Shown one piece after another: positions 29,444 to 39,403 of a DNA stretch of 64,000 bases. Each line of letters starts with the position of its first letter. Position 1 is the first letter of the stretch. Source of the stretch: an uncultured beta proteobacterium (GTDB taxonomy: Bacteria > Pseudomonadota > Gammaproteobacteria > Burkholderiales > SG8-39). Both the position numbers and the translations under genes were made by a program. The notes beneath the pieces were generated by a model that did no database searches, was not told the DNA's origin, and saw nothing but the letters and a program-made list of their open reading frames with translations. The stretch is taken from NCBI GenBank assembly GCA_963827555.1, contig CAWHBL010000029.1, forward strand, positions 45,054 to 109,053, given 5' to 3'.

Positions 29444-29944
29444 ATGATCAAGGGCCTGCACCACAACGCCTACCGCTGCCGCGATTCCGAGGAGACGCGG
29501 CGGTTCTACGAGGACTTCCTCGGCCTGCGGCTCGCCGGCACCCTCGAGATCGGGGAGACCAAATCGGGCCGCAAGACCTCCGCGCTCCACACCTTCTACG
29601 AGCTCGACGACGGCTCGTACCTCGCGTTCTTCGAGACGCCGGACATGCCGTTCGAGTTCAAGCCGCAGCACGACTACGATCTCCACATCGCGCTCGAGGT
29701 CGAGCGGCCGGTGCTCGAGCCGATGATGGGGAAGGCGAAAGCGGCCGGAGTCGAGGTGCGCGGGATCTCCGACCACAGCTTCATCGACTCGATCTACTTC
29801 CGCGATCCGAACGGCTACGTCATCGAGCTGACCGCGAAGCGGGCGAACCACGACCGGGAGATGGACCCGGCGACGAACGGCGCGCGCGCGAAGCTCGACC
29901 GCTGGCAGGCGGCGAAGCGCGCGACGGCTGGCACGACGGGCTGA
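29444..29944 (+). CDS. VOC (glyoxalase/bleomycin resistance/dioxygenase) family protein
   Basis: 166 aa. GLHHNAYRCRDSEETRRFYEDFLGL, DLHIALEV, SIYFRDPNGYVIEL. Confidence 0.8.
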   Translation: MIKGLHHNAYRCRDSEETRRFYEDFLGLRLAGTLEIGETKSGRKTSALHTFYELDDGSYLAFFETPDMPFEFKPQHDYDLHIALEVERPVLEPMMGKAKAAGVEVRGISDHSFIDSIYFRDPNGYVIELTAKRANHDREMDPATNGARAKLDRWQAAKRATAGTTG

Positions 29945-29968
29945 CGTCGGCGTCGGGGAGGGCGGCCG

Positions 29969-30982
29969 GTGGCCGGGGAGGGCGCGGGCGACGCCTGGCG
30001 CGAGGGGATGCGCGCGGCGCATCTCTATCGCACGATCGCCGGCGTCGAGGCGGGCACCCCGCGCGAGCAGCTCTTCCGCGGCCTCGCGGCCGACGCCGAG
30101 GCACGCGCGGCGAAGCAGGGCGGCGCACCGTCGCGGTTCAAACCCGACCTGCGCACCCGCATCGTAGCGCGGCTCGTGCGCCGCTTCGGCCCGCGCGCGA
30201 CGCAAGGGATCCTCGCCACGATGAACCTGCGCGGGCTGTCGGTGTACCGCCAGCCCGACCTCCCGCCGCCGCGGGCGGCGACGCTCGAGGAGATGCGCGA
30301 GCGCCGCCGCGGCTCCGGCAGCAACCTGCGCGCGGCGGTGTTCGGCGCGAATGACGGCCTCGTTTCGAACGCGAGCCTGATGTTCGGCGTGGCCGGCGCC
30401 ACCGACGGCACCACGGGGGTCTTGCTCGCCGGCGCGGCCGGCCTCCTCGCGGGCGCGTTTTCGATGGCGGCCGGCGAGTACGTATCGGTGACCTCGCAGC
30501 GCGAGGTGTTCGAGCACGAGATCGAGCGCCAGCGCGCGGAGCTCCTGAGCTACCCGGCGGAGACGGTCCAGGAGCTCGCGCGCCTGTACGAGGGGCTCGG
30601 CGTCGAGGGAGACGATGCCGCGGCGCTGGCGCTCGCGCGGCTCGCCGACCAGGAGCGCGCACTCGACTTCCTCGCCCGCGGCAAGCTCGGCCTCAACCCC
30701 GACGAGCTCGGCTCGCCGTGGGGCGCGGCGCTGTCGTCGTTCTTCTCGTTCGCCGCCGGTGCGTTCGTGCCGGTGGCGCCGTTCCTGTTCGCGCAGGGGA
30801 ACACGGCGCTCCTCGTGTCGGTCGCGGCCGCCGCCTGCGCGCTGTTCGCGATCGGCGCGACGATCAGCCTGTTCACCGGGCGGAGCGCGCTGCGCGACGG
30901 CCTGCGCATGCTCGCGATCGGCGGCGGCGCCGGTGCCGCGACCTACCTCATCGGCAGGCTGCTCGGCGTCACTTTATCGTGA
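29969..30982 (+). CDS. VIT1/CCC1 family iron/manganese transporter with an N-terminal cytoplasmic helical domain
   Basis: 337 aa from GTG. LRAAVFGANDGLVSN, SMAAGEYVSVTSQRE, C-terminal TM helices. Confidence 0.78.
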   Translation: MAGEGAGDAWREGMRAAHLYRTIAGVEAGTPREQLFRGLAADAEARAAKQGGAPSRFKPDLRTRIVARLVRRFGPRATQGILATMNLRGLSVYRQPDLPPPRAATLEEMRERRRGSGSNLRAAVFGANDGLVSNASLMFGVAGATDGTTGVLLAGAAGLLAGAFSMAAGEYVSVTSQREVFEHEIERQRAELLSYPAETVQELARLYEGLGVEGDDAAALALARLADQERALDFLARGKLGLNPDELGSPWGAALSSFFSFAAGAFVPVAPFLFAQGNTALLVSVAAAACALFAIGATISLFTGRSALRDGLRMLAIGGGAGAATYLIGRLLGVTLS

Positions 30983-30992
30983 CCCCCCTGTC

Positions 30993-32250
30993 GTGACCCT
31001 GGCGCTGCAGAGCCTCTTCGGCTTCTTCGCGCTGCACGCGCTCGCCTGGCTCGTCTCCGAGCGCCGCGGCGCGATCGCCTGGCGGCCGGTGGTCGCCGGG
31101 ATGGCGCTCACGTTCGTGCTCGCGGTCGTCTTCCTCAAGCTGCCGCTCTTCTCCGAGGTGTTCCTGTGGCTGAACCGCGCGGTCGGCGCGCTCGATCGCG
31201 CCACGCAGGCCGGCACCTCGTTCGTGTTCGGCTACATCGGCGGCGCGCCGCTGCCGTACGAGGAGAAGCCGCAGGTCTCCTCGTTCATCCTCGCGTTCCG
31301 GGCGCTGCCGCTCGTCCTGGTGATCAGCGCGCTCTCGGCGCTTTTCTACTATTGGCGGGTCTTGCCGTGGATCGTGCGCGGGTTCTCGTGGCTGCTCGTC
31401 CGCACGATGCGGGTCGGCGGCGCCGTCGGCCTCGTCGGCGTCGGCGAACGTCTTCGTCGGCATGGTGGAAGCGCCGCTGGTGGTGCGCCCGTACGTCGCG
31501 GCGATGAGCCGCAGCGAGCTCTTCGTGACGATGAGCTGCGGCATGGCGACCATCGCCGGGACGGTGATGGTGCTCTACGCTACGTTCCTCGCGCAGTCGG
31601 TGCCCGACGCGCTCGCGCACATTCTGATCGCGTCGATCATCGCCACCCCGGCGGCGATCGCGGTGGCGCTGCTCATGGTTCCGCCCGAGCCCGGGGAGGC
31701 GGCGGGCGGGACGGACGCGAAGCTCGTGGCGTCGGACGCGACCGGCAGCATGGACGCGCTCACGCGCGGCACGATGGACGGCGTGCAGCTCCTGATCAAC
31801 ATCGTCGCCATGCTGCTCGTCTTCGTGGCGCTGGTGAACCTCGCGAACGCCGCGCTCGCGCTCCTGCCGGACGTCGCCGGGTCCGCCGTCACGCTGCAGC
31901 GGATGCTCGGGACGGTGATGGCCCCGCTTGCCTGGCTGGCCGGGATCCCATGGTCCGAGGCCCACGTCGCCGGGCAGCTCCTGGGAACGAAGACCGTCCT
32001 CAACGAGCTCATCGCCTACCTCGACCTCGCCGCGCTGCCGGCGGACGCGCTTTCGCCGCGCAGCCGGCTGATCATGACCTACGCGCTCTGCGGGTTCGCG
32101 AACCTCGGCAGCCTGGGCATCATGATCGGCGGCCTCGCGACGATGGCCCCCGAGCGGCGCCCGGAGATCGTCCGGCTCGGCGCGAAGACGCTCGTCTCGG
32201 GGACGCTCGCCACGCTGATTGCGGGAAGCGTCGTCGGCGTGATCTACTGA
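30993..32250 (+). pseudogene. NupC/NupG family nucleoside CNT transporter, reading frame broken once
   Basis: GTG 30993. N-terminal ~145 codons in frame of ORF 30615..33221 (LFGFFALHALAWLVSE...VRTMRVGGAVGL). Remainder is ORF 31462..32250 (ANVFVGMVEAPLVVRPY...GFANLGSLGIMIGG). Junction at about 31428-31447. Confidence 0.82.
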
Positions 32251-32255
32251 GCGTC

Positions 32256-33221
32256 ATGTCGCAGGCCCTGGAGCTCATCGCCGAGCACCTCGCGAGTTCC
32301 GCGAGCGGCTGGAGCATCGGGACCTACGGCGTGCTCGCCGAGTTCGCGCGCGAGGCGGGCGAGCCCTGCGAGCATCACGACATGCAGGTCGTAACGGCGC
32401 GCGGCGCGATCCGGATCGAGGCGAATCCGGCGGCGGCGGCGTTGGCCTACGAGGTGCTGAGCGTGCCGCCAGGGCTCTGGCACCACGGCGTGCTCTTCAG
32501 CCTGCCGGACGCCGCGGCGGCGGTGCCGGCGCGGCGTGCGATCACCGAGCTCGGCCCGGACCGGGAGGCGGTCCGCGCGAACGACCGCACGGCCGTGCTC
32601 TTCGACCTCGGCTTCGGGTCGGCAGCGTTCGCGTTCTGCGTGCGGACCGCGGATCCTGCGCTCGCCGCGACGTTGCGACGGGCGGCGGGAACGCCGCTCC
32701 TCGCGGCCGGACGCGAGCTCGCCAGCGCGCTCGTCGCGGCGAGCCCGCATCGGGTCGCGTTCTCGCGGCTCGCGCGAATCGAGGTGTACCAGCCGATCGC
32801 GCCCGAAGGCGGCGCGACGCCGACCGGGCCGCATACCCACGTGCTGCCGCGGTTGCTGCGCCCCTGGCAGTCGCACTCCGCCAACATCCGGCTGCCATCG
32901 GGTACTGTGCCGGGCCTCACGCTGTATCCGCCGCACCCCGCGAAGGACGAGGCGGGCGTGCGCAAACCGTTCTCGCACCGCGAGCACGCCGCCTTTCAGT
33001 CGCTGTTCGGCCGGTTCGCCGATCCCGAGGCGCGCGCGGCGAAAGCGGCCGTGGTCGCCGCGGTGGAGCGCGGCGAACCGCCGGCGCGCAAGCCGGCCAC
33101 GCGCATCGGACGTCAGGCCGCGCGCATCGCGCTTCGCCAGCTCCGCCTCGCCGGCGCGACCGGGGCGGCGCTCGCCACCTGGGAGCAGGCGCTCGAGCCG
33201 CCGGCCGCGCGCGCGGCCTGA
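32256..33221 (+). CDS. Conserved hypothetical protein (321 aa)
   Basis: ATG 32256 in the tail of ORF 30615..33221. High GC3. MSQALELIAEHLASSASGWSIGTYGVLAEF...GPHTHVLPRLL...HSANIRLP. No family recognised with confidence. Confidence 0.6.
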   Translation: MSQALELIAEHLASSASGWSIGTYGVLAEFAREAGEPCEHHDMQVVTARGAIRIEANPAAAALAYEVLSVPPGLWHHGVLFSLPDAAAAVPARRAITELGPDREAVRANDRTAVLFDLGFGSAAFAFCVRTADPALAATLRRAAGTPLLAAGRELASALVAASPHRVAFSRLARIEVYQPIAPEGGATPTGPHTHVLPRLLRPWQSHSANIRLPSGTVPGLTLYPPHPAKDEAGVRKPFSHREHAAFQSLFGRFADPEARAAKAAVVAAVERGEPPARKPATRIGRQAARIALRQLRLAGATGAALATWEQALEPPAARAA

Positions 33222-33332
33222 GATCCGCAACGGGACCAGGGAACACGCCCCCGCCGCGAACCGGTGGGACCGGGTGTTTGCGCTGTCGCTGGATTCCGGC
33301 GAAAATCCCGTATCTTCAATCATTTGCCATCC

Positions 33333-35948
33333 ATGAAATCGGCCGAGATCCGAACCAGGTTCCTGCGGTTTTTCGAGGAGCGCGGGCACGCGATCGTCCC
33401 GTCGTCCCCGCTCGTGCCCGGCAACGACCCGACGCTCCTCTTCACCAACTCCGGGATGGTGCAGTTCAAGGACGTGTTCCTCGGCAAGGAGGTCCGGGCC
33501 TACAAGCGCGCCACCACCGCGCAGCGCTGCGTGCGGGCGGGCGGCAAGCACAACGACCTGGAGAACGTGGGCTACACCGCGCGCCACCACACGTTCTTCG
33601 AGATGCTCGGCAACTTCAGCTTCGGCGACTACTTCAAGCGCGACGCGATCCACTTCGCGTGGGAGCTGCTGGTCAAGGTGTACAAGCTTCCCGCCGACCG
33701 GCTGTGGGTCACCGTCTACCACACCGACGACGAGGCCTACTCGATCTGGGCGAAGGAGATCGGCGTCCCCGAGCGCCGCATCGCGCGCATCGGCGACAAG
33801 CCGGGCGGGCTGCCGTTCCAGAGCGACAACTTCTGGCAGATGGGCGACACCGGCCCGTGCGGCCCGTGCTCGGAGATCTTCTACGACCACGGGCCCGAGG
33901 TCGCCGGCGGGCCGCCGGGCACGCCCGAGGCCGACGGCGACCGCTACATCGAGATCTGGAACCTCGTGTTCATGCAGTTCGACCGCGACGAGTCGGGCCG
34001 GCTCAACCCGCTGCCGAGGCCCTCGGTCGACACCGGGATGGGGCTCGAGCGGATCGCGGCGGTGCTGCAGGGTGTGCACTCGAACTACGAGATCGACCTC
34101 TTCCAGGACCTCATCAAGGCGGCGGCACGCGAGACCGGCACCGAGTACTACTCGTCGAACTCGCTGAAGGTGATCGCCGACCACATCCGCGCGTGCACGT
34201 TCCTGATCGTCGACGGCGTGATCCCGGGGAACGAAGGCCGCGGCTACGTGCTGCGCCGGATCATCCGCCGCGCGATCCGCCACGGCTACAAGCTGGGGCA
34301 GAAGCACGCGTTCTTCCACCGCCTGGTCGACGACCTGGCGAAGACGATGGGCGACGCCTATCCCGAGCTGCCGCAGAACGCCGAGCGCGTGCGGAGCGTC
34401 CTCAAGACCGAGGAGGACCGGTTCGCGGAGACGCTCGAGAACGGCATGAAGGTGCTCGAGGGCGCGCTGACCCGCGAGGACAAGCTGCTCGACGGCGAGA
34501 CGGTGTTCCAGCTCTACGACACCTTCGGCTTCCCGGTCGACCTCACCGCCGACATCGCGCGCGAGCGCGGCGTGCGCATCGACTACGCCGGGTTCGAGGC
34601 GGCGATGGAGCGGCAGCGCGAGCGGGCGCGCGCGGCGTCCAAGTTCCGCATTGGCGCCGGGGTCGAGTACTCCGGCGAGCCGACCGAGTTCCACGGCTAC
34701 GACACGCTCACGCTCGAGGGCACGGTGCAGGCGATCTACGTCGAGGGCACGCCGGTGGAGGAGATCGAGGCCGGCACGGCGGCGGTCGTGGTCCTCGACC
34801 GCACGCCGTTCTACGCCGAGTCGGGCGGCCAGGTCGGCGACCGGGGCGAGCTCGCCGGCGCGAACGGCACCTTCGCCGTCGAGGACACGCAGAAGATCCA
34901 GCCCGACGTCTTCGGCCACAAGGGCACCCTGAAGACGGGGAAGCTCCGCGTCGGCGACAAGGTGCTGGCGGCGGTCGACGGCGTCGCGCGCGCGCGGACG
35001 ATGTGGAACCACTCCGCCACGCACCTCATGCACTCGGCGCTGCGGCGGGTGCTCGGGCCGCACGTCCAGCAGAAGGGCTCGCTCGTCGACCCCGCCAAGA
35101 CGCGCTTCGACTTCTCGCACAACGAACCGATGACCGAGGACCAGATCCGCGAGGTCGAGGCGCTCGTCAACCGCGAGATCCGGCGCAACCACGACGTGAG
35201 CGCGCGGATCATGAAGTACGACGACGCGATCAAGGCCGGCGCGATGGCGCTCTTCGGCGAGAAGTACGGCGACGAGGTGCGCGTGCTCGGCATGGGCGAC
35301 TTCTCCACCGAGCTCTGCGGCGGCACGCACGTCCGCCGCACCGGCGACATCGGGTTCTTCAAGATCGTCGCCGAAACCGGGGTCGCGGCCGGGATCCGGC
35401 GCGTCGAGGCGGTGACCGGGGAGGGCGCGCTCGCCTGGGTGCAGGAACGTGAGGCGAAGCTCGCCGAAGCGGCGGCCGCGCTGCGGACGAGCCCCGACGA
35501 GGTCGCGCAGAAGATCGCGCAGATGCAGGACTCGGTGCGCGCGCTCGAGCGCGAGCTCGGGCGGCTGAAGTCGAAGATGGCGTCCTCGCAGGGGGACGAG
35601 CTCGCCGACACCGCGGCCGACGTGAAGGGCGTGAAGGTGCTCGCCGCCACGCTCGACGGCGCCGACGCGAAGACGCTGCGCGAGACGCTCGACAAGCTGA
35701 AGGACCGCCTCCGCTCGGGCGCGATCGTGCTCGCCGCCGCCGACGGGGCGAAGGTGAGCCTGGTCGCCGGCGTCACCAGCGACCTCACCGCGAAGCTGAA
35801 GGCGGGCGAGCTGGTGAACTTCGTCGCCCAGCAGGTCGGCGGCAAGGGCGGCGGCCGCGCCGACATGGCGCAGGCCGGCGGCACCGAGCCGGCGAAGCTG
35901 CCGGCCGCGCTCGGCTCGGTCAAGGACTGGGTCGCGCAGCGGCTGTAG
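33333..35948 (+). CDS. alaS: Alanine--tRNA ligase
   Basis: ATG 33333 in ORF 33264..35948. [84 protein letters not shown]. Confidence 0.97.
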   Translation: MKSAEIRTRFLRFFEERGHAIVPSSPLVPGNDPTLLFTNSGMVQFKDVFLGKEVRAYKRATTAQRCVRAGGKHNDLENVGYTARHHTFFEMLGNFSFGDYFKRDAIHFAWELLVKVYKLPADRLWVTVYHTDDEAYSIWAKEIGVPERRIARIGDKPGGLPFQSDNFWQMGDTGPCGPCSEIFYDHGPEVAGGPPGTPEADGDRYIEIWNLVFMQFDRDESGRLNPLPRPSVDTGMGLERIAAVLQGVHSNYEIDLFQDLIKAAARETGTEYYSSNSLKVIADHIRACTFLIVDGVIPGNEGRGYVLRRIIRRAIRHGYKLGQKHAFFHRLVDDLAKTMGDAYPELPQNAERVRSVLKTEEDRFAETLENGMKVLEGALTREDKLLDGETVFQLYDTFGFPVDLTADIARERGVRIDYAGFEAAMERQRERARAASKFRIGAGVEYSGEPTEFHGYDTLTLEGTVQAIYVEGTPVEEIEAGTAAVVVLDRTPFYAESGGQVGDRGELAGANGTFAVEDTQKIQPDVFGHKGTLKTGKLRVGDKVLAAVDGVARARTMWNHSATHLMHSALRRVLGPHVQQKGSLVDPAKTRFDFSHNEPMTEDQIREVEALVNREIRRNHDVSARIMKYDDAIKAGAMALFGEKYGDEVRVLGMGDFSTELCGGTHVRRTGDIGFFKIVAETGVAAGIRRVEAVTGEGALAWVQEREAKLAEAAAALRTSPDEVAQKIAQMQDSVRALERELGRLKSKMASSQGDELADTAADVKGVKVLAATLDGADAKTLRETLDKLKDRLRSGAIVLAAADGAKVSLVAGVTSDLTAKLKAGELVNFVAQQVGGKGGGRADMAQAGGTEPAKLPAALGSVKDWVAQRL

Positions 35949-36850
35949 TGACCGATCCGTCGAGCGGGCTCGCGCGCGCGCTCGCGAGCGGCACCTTCGT
36001 CCTCACCGCCGAGCTCTCGCCGCCGGTCGCGACCGACCCGGCCGCGTTCGTCGCGGCCGCGCGCGGCCTGCGCGGGCTGGCGACCGCGGTCAACGTCACC
36101 GACGGGGCGAGCGCGAAGGCGCATCTCTCGAGCCTCGCCGCCGCGCACTTCCTCGCGCGCGAAGGGATCGAGCCGATCCTGCAGATGACCTGCCGCGACC
36201 GCAACCGCATCGCGCTGCAGGGCGATCTCCTCGGCGCGGTCGCGCTCGGGATCCGCAACGTCCTCGTCCTCCGCGGCGACGATCCGTCGGCCGGCGACCA
36301 GCCGGACACGAAGCCGGTGTTCGACGTCGGCACCACCGCCGTGCTGTCGATGGCGCACCGGATGCGGACCGAGCGCCTGCTGCCCTCGGGGGTCGCGATC
36401 GACGGCGCGGTGCCGCTCGTCCTCGGCGCCGCGGAGACACCGGTCGATCCCGCACCGGGCTGGCGTCCGGACGGCCTGATCGCGAAGATCGACGCCGGCG
36501 CCGATTTCGTCCAGACGCAGTTCTGCATGGATACCGGCGTCGTCCGCCGCTACGCCGCCCGGCTGGTCGAGCTCGGCGTCGCGCAGCGCGTGCCGGTCCT
36601 GATCGGGGTCGCGCCGATTCCGTCGGCGCGCTCCGCGCGCTGGATGCGGGAGAAGCTCTTCGGCACGCTGATCCCCGACGCGATCGTCGCGCGGCTGGAG
36701 CGCGCGGCCGATCCGCGGCGCGAAGGGCGCGCGATCTGCGTCGAGATCATCCGCGAGCTGGCGGCGATTCCCGGCATCGCCGGCGCGCACGTGATGGCGC
36801 CGCGCGATCACGCGGCGCTCGCCGAGGTGCTCGCGGCGGCCGGTGTCGGC
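35948..36850 (+). CDS. Methylenetetrahydrofolate reductase (MetF) family protein; 3' end unresolved
   Basis: GTG 35948 shares one base with the alaS stop. AVNVTDGASAKAHLSSLAAA, GIEPILQMTCRDRNRIALQGDLLGA, VLVLRGDDP, GADFVQTQFCMD, GAHVMAP. This frame has no stop until 38500, so the true end (about 36840-36880) is obscured, probably by a frame break. Confidence 0.7.
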
Positions 36851-38060
36851 GGCAAGCGCGCGCGGCGCTGCCGACCTAGCCGCCGAACTTCACGATCGAC
36901 GCCGGCGTTCATCGACACGCCTCCCGAAGAACGACGCGCTGTTCGTCGCCGAGTTCACGCCGGCGCTGTCGCGGAACTTCGAGAACCCGCGGCTGATGCG
37001 CGAGTTCGGCCTCATCCTCGAGAACCTCGACGGCTTCGACGACCTCGAGAACCGCTTCGTCATGCGCGGCGTGCCGCACGTCCTCGGCCTGCGCGTCTCG
37101 GTCGCGAGCCCGCAGGGCCCGCGCACCGGCTGGTCGGGCGACGGCGCGCCGGCGGACGGGTCGCTCCGCGCGTTCGCGACCGGTGCGGTCATCCAGCACT
37201 TCACGAAGACGGCTCGACCGCGTCGCCGGCGTCGACTTCCGCCTCCCCACCGAGGACGAGCTCGACGCGCTCGAGGCGTTCCAGCTCTCGCTCGGGCGCC
37301 AGCAGGACCTCGCGCTGCCGCTCGCGCTCAAGGGCACGGTGCCGAAGCGCGGGCAGGAGATCTTCCTCGACAACGGTCTCGGCAAGTGCAACGTCTGCCA
37401 CGGCAACGCCGGGGCGAACTCGCGCCCCCGGCAACAACGCGAACTTCAACACCGGCGTCGAGGACCTGCCCGATCAGCCGGCGCGGCTCACCGGCGAGCG
37501 CGTGCCGCGCGACGACGGCTTCGGCCGGCCGGGAGACGGCACCTTCAACACGCCGCCGATCGTCGAGGCGGCCGACACCGGCCCGTTCTTCCACAACAAC
37601 TCGATCGAGACGATCGAAGGGCGCGGTCGGCTTCTACAACGGCCAGTCGTTCAACAACTCGCCGTCCGGCCGCTTCCTCGCGAGCACCGACCCGAACCGC
37701 ATCGGCATCCGGCTCGACGGCACCCAGGTGGTCGCGGTCGCCGCGTTCCTCCGTGTGATCAACGCGCTCGAGAACATCCGGCAGTCGATCGAGCTGCTGC
37801 GTGCAGCGCGAGGGGCTCGGGTTCTCGAAGCACGAGGAGGCGCAACGCGCCCTGCGCCGGGCGGCAAGCGAGACGAAAGACAGCATCAACGTGCTCGCCG
37901 GCGGCGGGCTGCATCCGGAGGCGGTCGCGCGAGCTCGAGCGGGCGCTGCGCCTGACCGGGAAGCGCGGCGCGCAGTTCCTTCAGCCAGCACGAGCGCATC
38001 CGCGAGGCGATCGCGGCGCAGGAGAAGGCGCGCGCCGAGCTGGTCGCCGAACCGAAGTGA
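36843..38060 (+). pseudogene. Cytochrome c peroxidase/MauG-superfamily-like c-type cytochrome, reading frame broken at least 8 times; N-terminus not identifiable
   Basis: Sense reading hops +1 each time: PNFTIDAGV / FIDTPP / KNDALFVAEFTPALSRNFENPRL...GWSGDGAPADGSLRAFATGAVIQHFTKT / LDRVAGVDFRLPTEDELDALEAFQLSLG...GKCNVCHGNAGANS / PGNNANFNTGVEDLPD...TFNTPPIVEAADTGPFFHNNSIETIEG / AVGFYNGQSF...INALENIRQSIELL / QREGLGFSKHEEAQRAL...HPEAVA / RELERALRLTGKRGAQFL / SQHERIREAIAAQEKARAELVAEPK-stop 38060. One CxxCH motif plus the FxTPxL...PFFHxxS...LexAVxFY pattern of di-haem peroxidases. Confidence 0.6.
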
Positions 38061-38071
38061 GGAGAAACGCC

Positions 38072-38500
38072 ATGCGCATCCTGTTGAGCGTCACCGGCAT
38101 CCTGGTCGCGCTGCTCGGCACGATCTCCCACGCGCACGGCCAGAAGGCGACCGAGCAGTTCATCCCGATCGGCCAGTCGCCGGGGCTGTCGCAGAAGTAC
38201 ACCTCGATCGGCGAGATCGCGGCGGTGGACCCGGCCGCGCGGACGGTGACGGTCGCCGATGCCGCGGGCCGGCGGACGGTGCGGGTCACCGACAAGACGC
38301 GCATCTGGATCGACCGCACCCGGATCAAGCAGTCGAACCTGAGCGGCAGCTTCGCCGACCTCCAGCCGGGCCGCCGGGCGGAGGTGAAGTACGAAGACCC
38401 GGCCGCGGCCGCGACGCCCGCGCGGCAGCGCGCTCACTCCAGCGTGACGTTGAGCTCGCGGATCACCTTGCCCCACTTGTCCGACTCGGCGCGGAGGTAG
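38072..38500 (+). CDS. Hypothetical secreted protein (DUF5666-like?)
   Basis: RBS GAGGAG, ATG 38072, signal peptide MRILLSVTGILVALLGTISHAHG, then RTVTVADAAGRRTVRVTDKTRIWIDRT. The last ~20 codons overlap the convergent Bug gene, so the 3' end is doubtful. Confidence 0.55.
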   Translation: MRILLSVTGILVALLGTISHAHGQKATEQFIPIGQSPGLSQKYTSIGEIAAVDPAARTVTVADAAGRRTVRVTDKTRIWIDRTRIKQSNLSGSFADLQPGRRAEVKYEDPAAAATPARQRAHSSVTLSSRITLPHLSDSARR

Positions 38501-39393
38501 GTGCCGAAGTCGCCCGGCGTGCTGCCGACGACGATGAAGCCCTGGCTGGCGAGCCGCTCGCGGAGGTCGGGGCGCGCCAGCGCTTTCGCGGTTTCGGCGG
38601 CGAGCCGCGCGACCACCGGCGCCGGCGTCCCCGCCGGCACCAGCATCCCGACCCAGGACTGCGCCTCGAACCCGGCGAGCGTGTCGGCGACGATCGGCAC
38701 TTCCGGCAGCTGCGGCGCGCGCTCCCTGCCCGCGAGCCCGAGCGCCTTGAGCTTGCCGCCCCGGACCTGCGAGGCCACGAGCGGCATCGAGATGAACGCG
38801 AACCCGACCTGCCCGCTGAGGAGATCGTTGATGAGCGGCGCGCCGCCCTTGTACGGCACGTGCAGCGCCTCGTAGCCGCCGCGCTGCGCGAGGAGGAGCG
38901 CCGCGAGATGCCCGGAGTTGCCGGTGCCGGTCGAGCCGAACGCCACCTTGCCGCGGTTCGCCTTGGCGTACGCGACGAGCTCGCCGACGTTCGACGGCGG
39001 GAAGCTCGTCGCGCCGACGAGCAGCAGCGGCGACTGCACCATCAGGCTGACCGTCTCGAAGCCCTTGAGCGGGTCGTAGGGCAGGTTCTTGTAGAGGTGG
39101 TGGTTCACCGCGTGGTTGTCGAACACCACCAGCACGGTGTGGCCGTCCGGCGTCGCGCGCGCCACCTCGGCGGTGCCGATCGTGCCGCCCGCGCCGGCCT
39201 TGTTCTCGACCAGGACCGGCTGCCCGAGCGACTCGGCCAGCGCCGCCGTCACGATGCGCGCGACGAGGTCGGTGGTGCCGCCGGCGGGGTAGGGCACGAC
39301 CACGCGCACCGCCTTGGTGGGGTAGGTCTGCGCGAACGTCGCCGGGGCGACGGCGAGCACGGCGGCGACACCTGCAGCGACGATCTTTCGCAT
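38434..39393 (-). CDS. Bug-family tripartite tricarboxylate transporter substrate-binding protein (TctC-like)
   Basis: 319 aa. Signal peptide MRKIVAAGVAAVLAVAPATFA, YPTKAVRVVVPYPAGGTTD, VENKAGAGG, FGSTGTGNSGHL, VPYKGGAP. Confidence 0.9.
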   Translation of the reverse strand: MRKIVAAGVAAVLAVAPATFAQTYPTKAVRVVVPYPAGGTTDLVARIVTAALAESLGQPVLVENKAGAGGTIGTAEVARATPDGHTVLVVFDNHAVNHHLYKNLPYDPLKGFETVSLMVQSPLLLVGATSFPPSNVGELVAYAKANRGKVAFGSTGTGNSGHLAALLLAQRGGYEALHVPYKGGAPLINDLLSGQVGFAFISMPLVASQVRGGKLKALGLAGRERAPQLPEVPIVADTLAGFEAQSWVGMLVPAGTPAPVVARLAAETAKALARPDLRERLASQGFIVVGSTPGDFGTYLRAESDKWGKVIRELNVTLE

Positions 39394-39403
39394 CTTTCCT
39401 CCT

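Noticed and set aside
30615-33221. 868-aa ORF
   Set aside because: It is a composite: an off-frame reading of the VIT gene's 3' end, the real nupC N-terminus, an off-frame nupC remainder and the real hypothetical gene 32256..33221.
32244-35330. 1028-aa minus-strand ORF antisense to alaS
   Set aside because: No recognisable domain and a composition typical of antisense frames. alaS on the plus strand is unambiguous.
35948-38500. 850-aa ORF as a single MetF-cytochrome-lipoprotein fusion protein
   Set aside because: Only the first ~300 and some internal segments make sense in this frame. Conserved motifs of the downstream gene alternate among all three frames, and a separate RBS and ATG at 38072 starts the last part.
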